A stretch of DNA of 64,000 nucleotides from assembly GCA_009914755.4 (NCBI GenBank), contig CP068257.2, positions 13,088,001 through 13,152,000 on the forward strand, written 5' to 3'. The notes beneath the pieces were generated by a model, which did not search any database, was not told where the DNA came from, and worked only from the letters and a program-made list of their open reading frames with translations. Position numbers and translations under genes: made by a program. Numbering within the stretch: the stretch's first letter is position 1; each line of letters opens with the position of its first letter. This document shows positions 62,291-64,000 of the stretch, piece by piece. Origin of the DNA: the human T2T-CHM13v2.0 reference genome, Homo sapiens.

Positions 62291-62407
62291 CCATGTATTG
62301 TGGTCTACACCTATAATCCTAGTGCTTTGGGAAGCCAAGGTGAGAGAATCACCTGAGACCAGAAGTTCAAGACCAGCCTGGTCAATATAGCAAGACCCCA
62401 TCTCTAA

Positions 62408-62459
<52 letters not shown>

Positions 62460-62487
62460 TAGCCTGGCCTGGTGGCACACGCTGTAA
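62291..62487 (+). mobile_element. Truncated Alu (left monomer, then an (AAT)18 expansion at 62407-62458, then the start of the right monomer)
   Basis: ccatgtattgtggtctacacctataatcctagtgctttgggaagccaaggtgagagaatcacctgagaccagaagttcaagaccagcctggtcaatatagcaagaccccatctctaaaat(aat)n attagcctggcctggtggcacacgc. The ORF at 62174..62401 is Alu-derived. Confidence 0.85.
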
Positions 62488-64000
62488 AAATAAAATTACA
62501 AAAAGAAAATATTAACTTAAAATGAGCAACCATAGAAGTAACCAGGGTATAAACCCTCAGCTGGTGATAAACTCAGTTGGTTTTAGTGGTCTCATAGGGT
62601 GAGAGGAAAAGAAGCTAAAGTCTGGGCTTACCCAAAACGCTGAAATTTAATAAGGCACTCCAATATTAAGCAAGGATACCAAAATAATATGCTACCAAGA
62701 TAAAGATGAAATAAAAGTAAACACCCCTACCCCCAAGGACCTGAAAATAAGTTTTTTTCTAACAGAATAAGCAGAGAAAAGAAAAAGGAAGCAGTCCTCA
62801 GAGATTATAAATCTGAAGCCACAAGCCAACCTCTTGGGCACTTATGTCTCAAACTTACATCACATGGGTGATGAAGAAAACAAAATAAATTTTTAAAAAA
62901 AGAAATAATGAGAAAAACTTAAATTGAGAATTTGGTTTTTAGCTTTCCAGAGTGGTTGTGTCTTGATATACCTGTCAGAAACAGATACACATCTTCTCTA
63001 GAGGATACATTTTTACCTTGAGACTCAAACTCCTCATTAATAGAATTTCAAAGCCAATGAACAACACAGAGCTAAACTAAGTACACCCACACATGCACAC
63101 ACCCCACCACCACCACTACCATGAGCATAAACCTGCAGAAACAACAGACACCCACATAAATCTATAAAAATACTGATATAAGCTTATCAGACACAGATGT
63201 TTTCAATGTTTAAAGAAATTAAAAACAAGCTTGAAAATATCTGCAGAATACAGAAAACTATGAGAAGTTTGGCAAAAAATCAAATACATATTTTGGAATT
63301 AAAAACTATATAACCAACAAAATTCAAACTCAATGTATAGTTTTAACCATCAAGTCCTCACAAGAAAGGTTAATGGGAAACATGCAAAATGATAGATTAG
63401 AAGTATGTGAAATTCATGTGTACTTGAGGCTGAGCAATGCTGCCACAGAGCATAGGAAAACTCTTGCTATGGTTTTTTGCTATTTTTGTATGGTATAATA
63501 ATATGGCTATTTATTTATTGTTTGTAAACACTTATTTTTCAAAAAAAAATTCAACAGTAATAGCTTCAGAATTCTCACTTTTAATGTATAATAAAGTATT
63601 TTTCAAGGAAGTTGATAATAAATAGGTTACTTGCACCAAATGTATGTTAATATTTTCCACATAACATGAAACCATAGTGACATCAGTGACATGAAATTAT
63701 TAGAATCATCTTCAAAAGTTACTAGCCAGTCACATCAGGAAGATGGAAGAATTAGAAGTTCCAACCCTCATGCCCCACAAAGAAAAGCCAATTTTGGCAA
63801 TAACTCAGATAAGAATACTTCTGTGAGAGCCCCAAAGTCTAAATGAAAGTTCCAGAACTCCAGTGGAGCACAAAACCTGAGTGAACCCAATCAGAAGGGT
63901 AAAAAGAACAGTTTCACTTCACTCACATAACCTCTCTCCAAATGTAGCACAGCTTGGTGATAAGAGACGCACCCTCAGCCCACAATTTCTCCAACATGGA

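Overview
This window is human (primate) genomic DNA, not a prokaryotic locus. It is AT-rich, has no CpG island, and I could not support any intact protein-coding exon, tRNA, rRNA or CRISPR array. Well over half of the window is interspersed repeats.

- **Alu elements:** at least nine Alu elements or fragments, several with perfect target-site duplications (TSDs).
- **L1 elements:** two old L1 elements (about 20560-28460 and about 40880-53790, both + strand) serve as landing pads for nested insertions. A near full-length L1PA (46135-52325) has 15-bp TSDs and disrupted ORF1/ORF2. A 5'-truncated L1 3' end lies at 5698-6175 (- strand).
- **LTR elements:** a complete ERVL-MaLR element (LTR-internal-LTR, 11687-13995, - strand) plus many solo MaLR LTRs (MLT/MST/THE1-like).
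- **Processed pseudogenes:** a POLR2C (RNA polymerase II subunit RPB3) retrocopy at about 24794-26440 sits inside ORF2 of the first old L1. An old, full-length GAPDH retrocopy at 41461-42760 sits inside the second old L1.

The most interesting observations are below.
- A 72-bp GAPDH-pseudogene-derived patch at 45383-45455 is embedded in L1 ORF2, 2.6 kb from the GAPDH retrocopy, and shares that copy's derived indel.
- Two unrelated old L1 copies each carry a foreign insertion in the same A-rich ORF2 codon neighbourhood.
- A THE1 LTR carries a 5'-truncated Alu tail with a 12-bp TSD.
- A cluster of short perfect palindromes lies at 37593-37700.
- The L1PA 5'UTR contains a 154-aa antisense ORF.

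All ORFs in the supplied six-frame track fall inside repeats or pseudogenes, and I consider them non-coding. The nested TE/retrocopy architecture is the interesting content here; I found no novel biological system.
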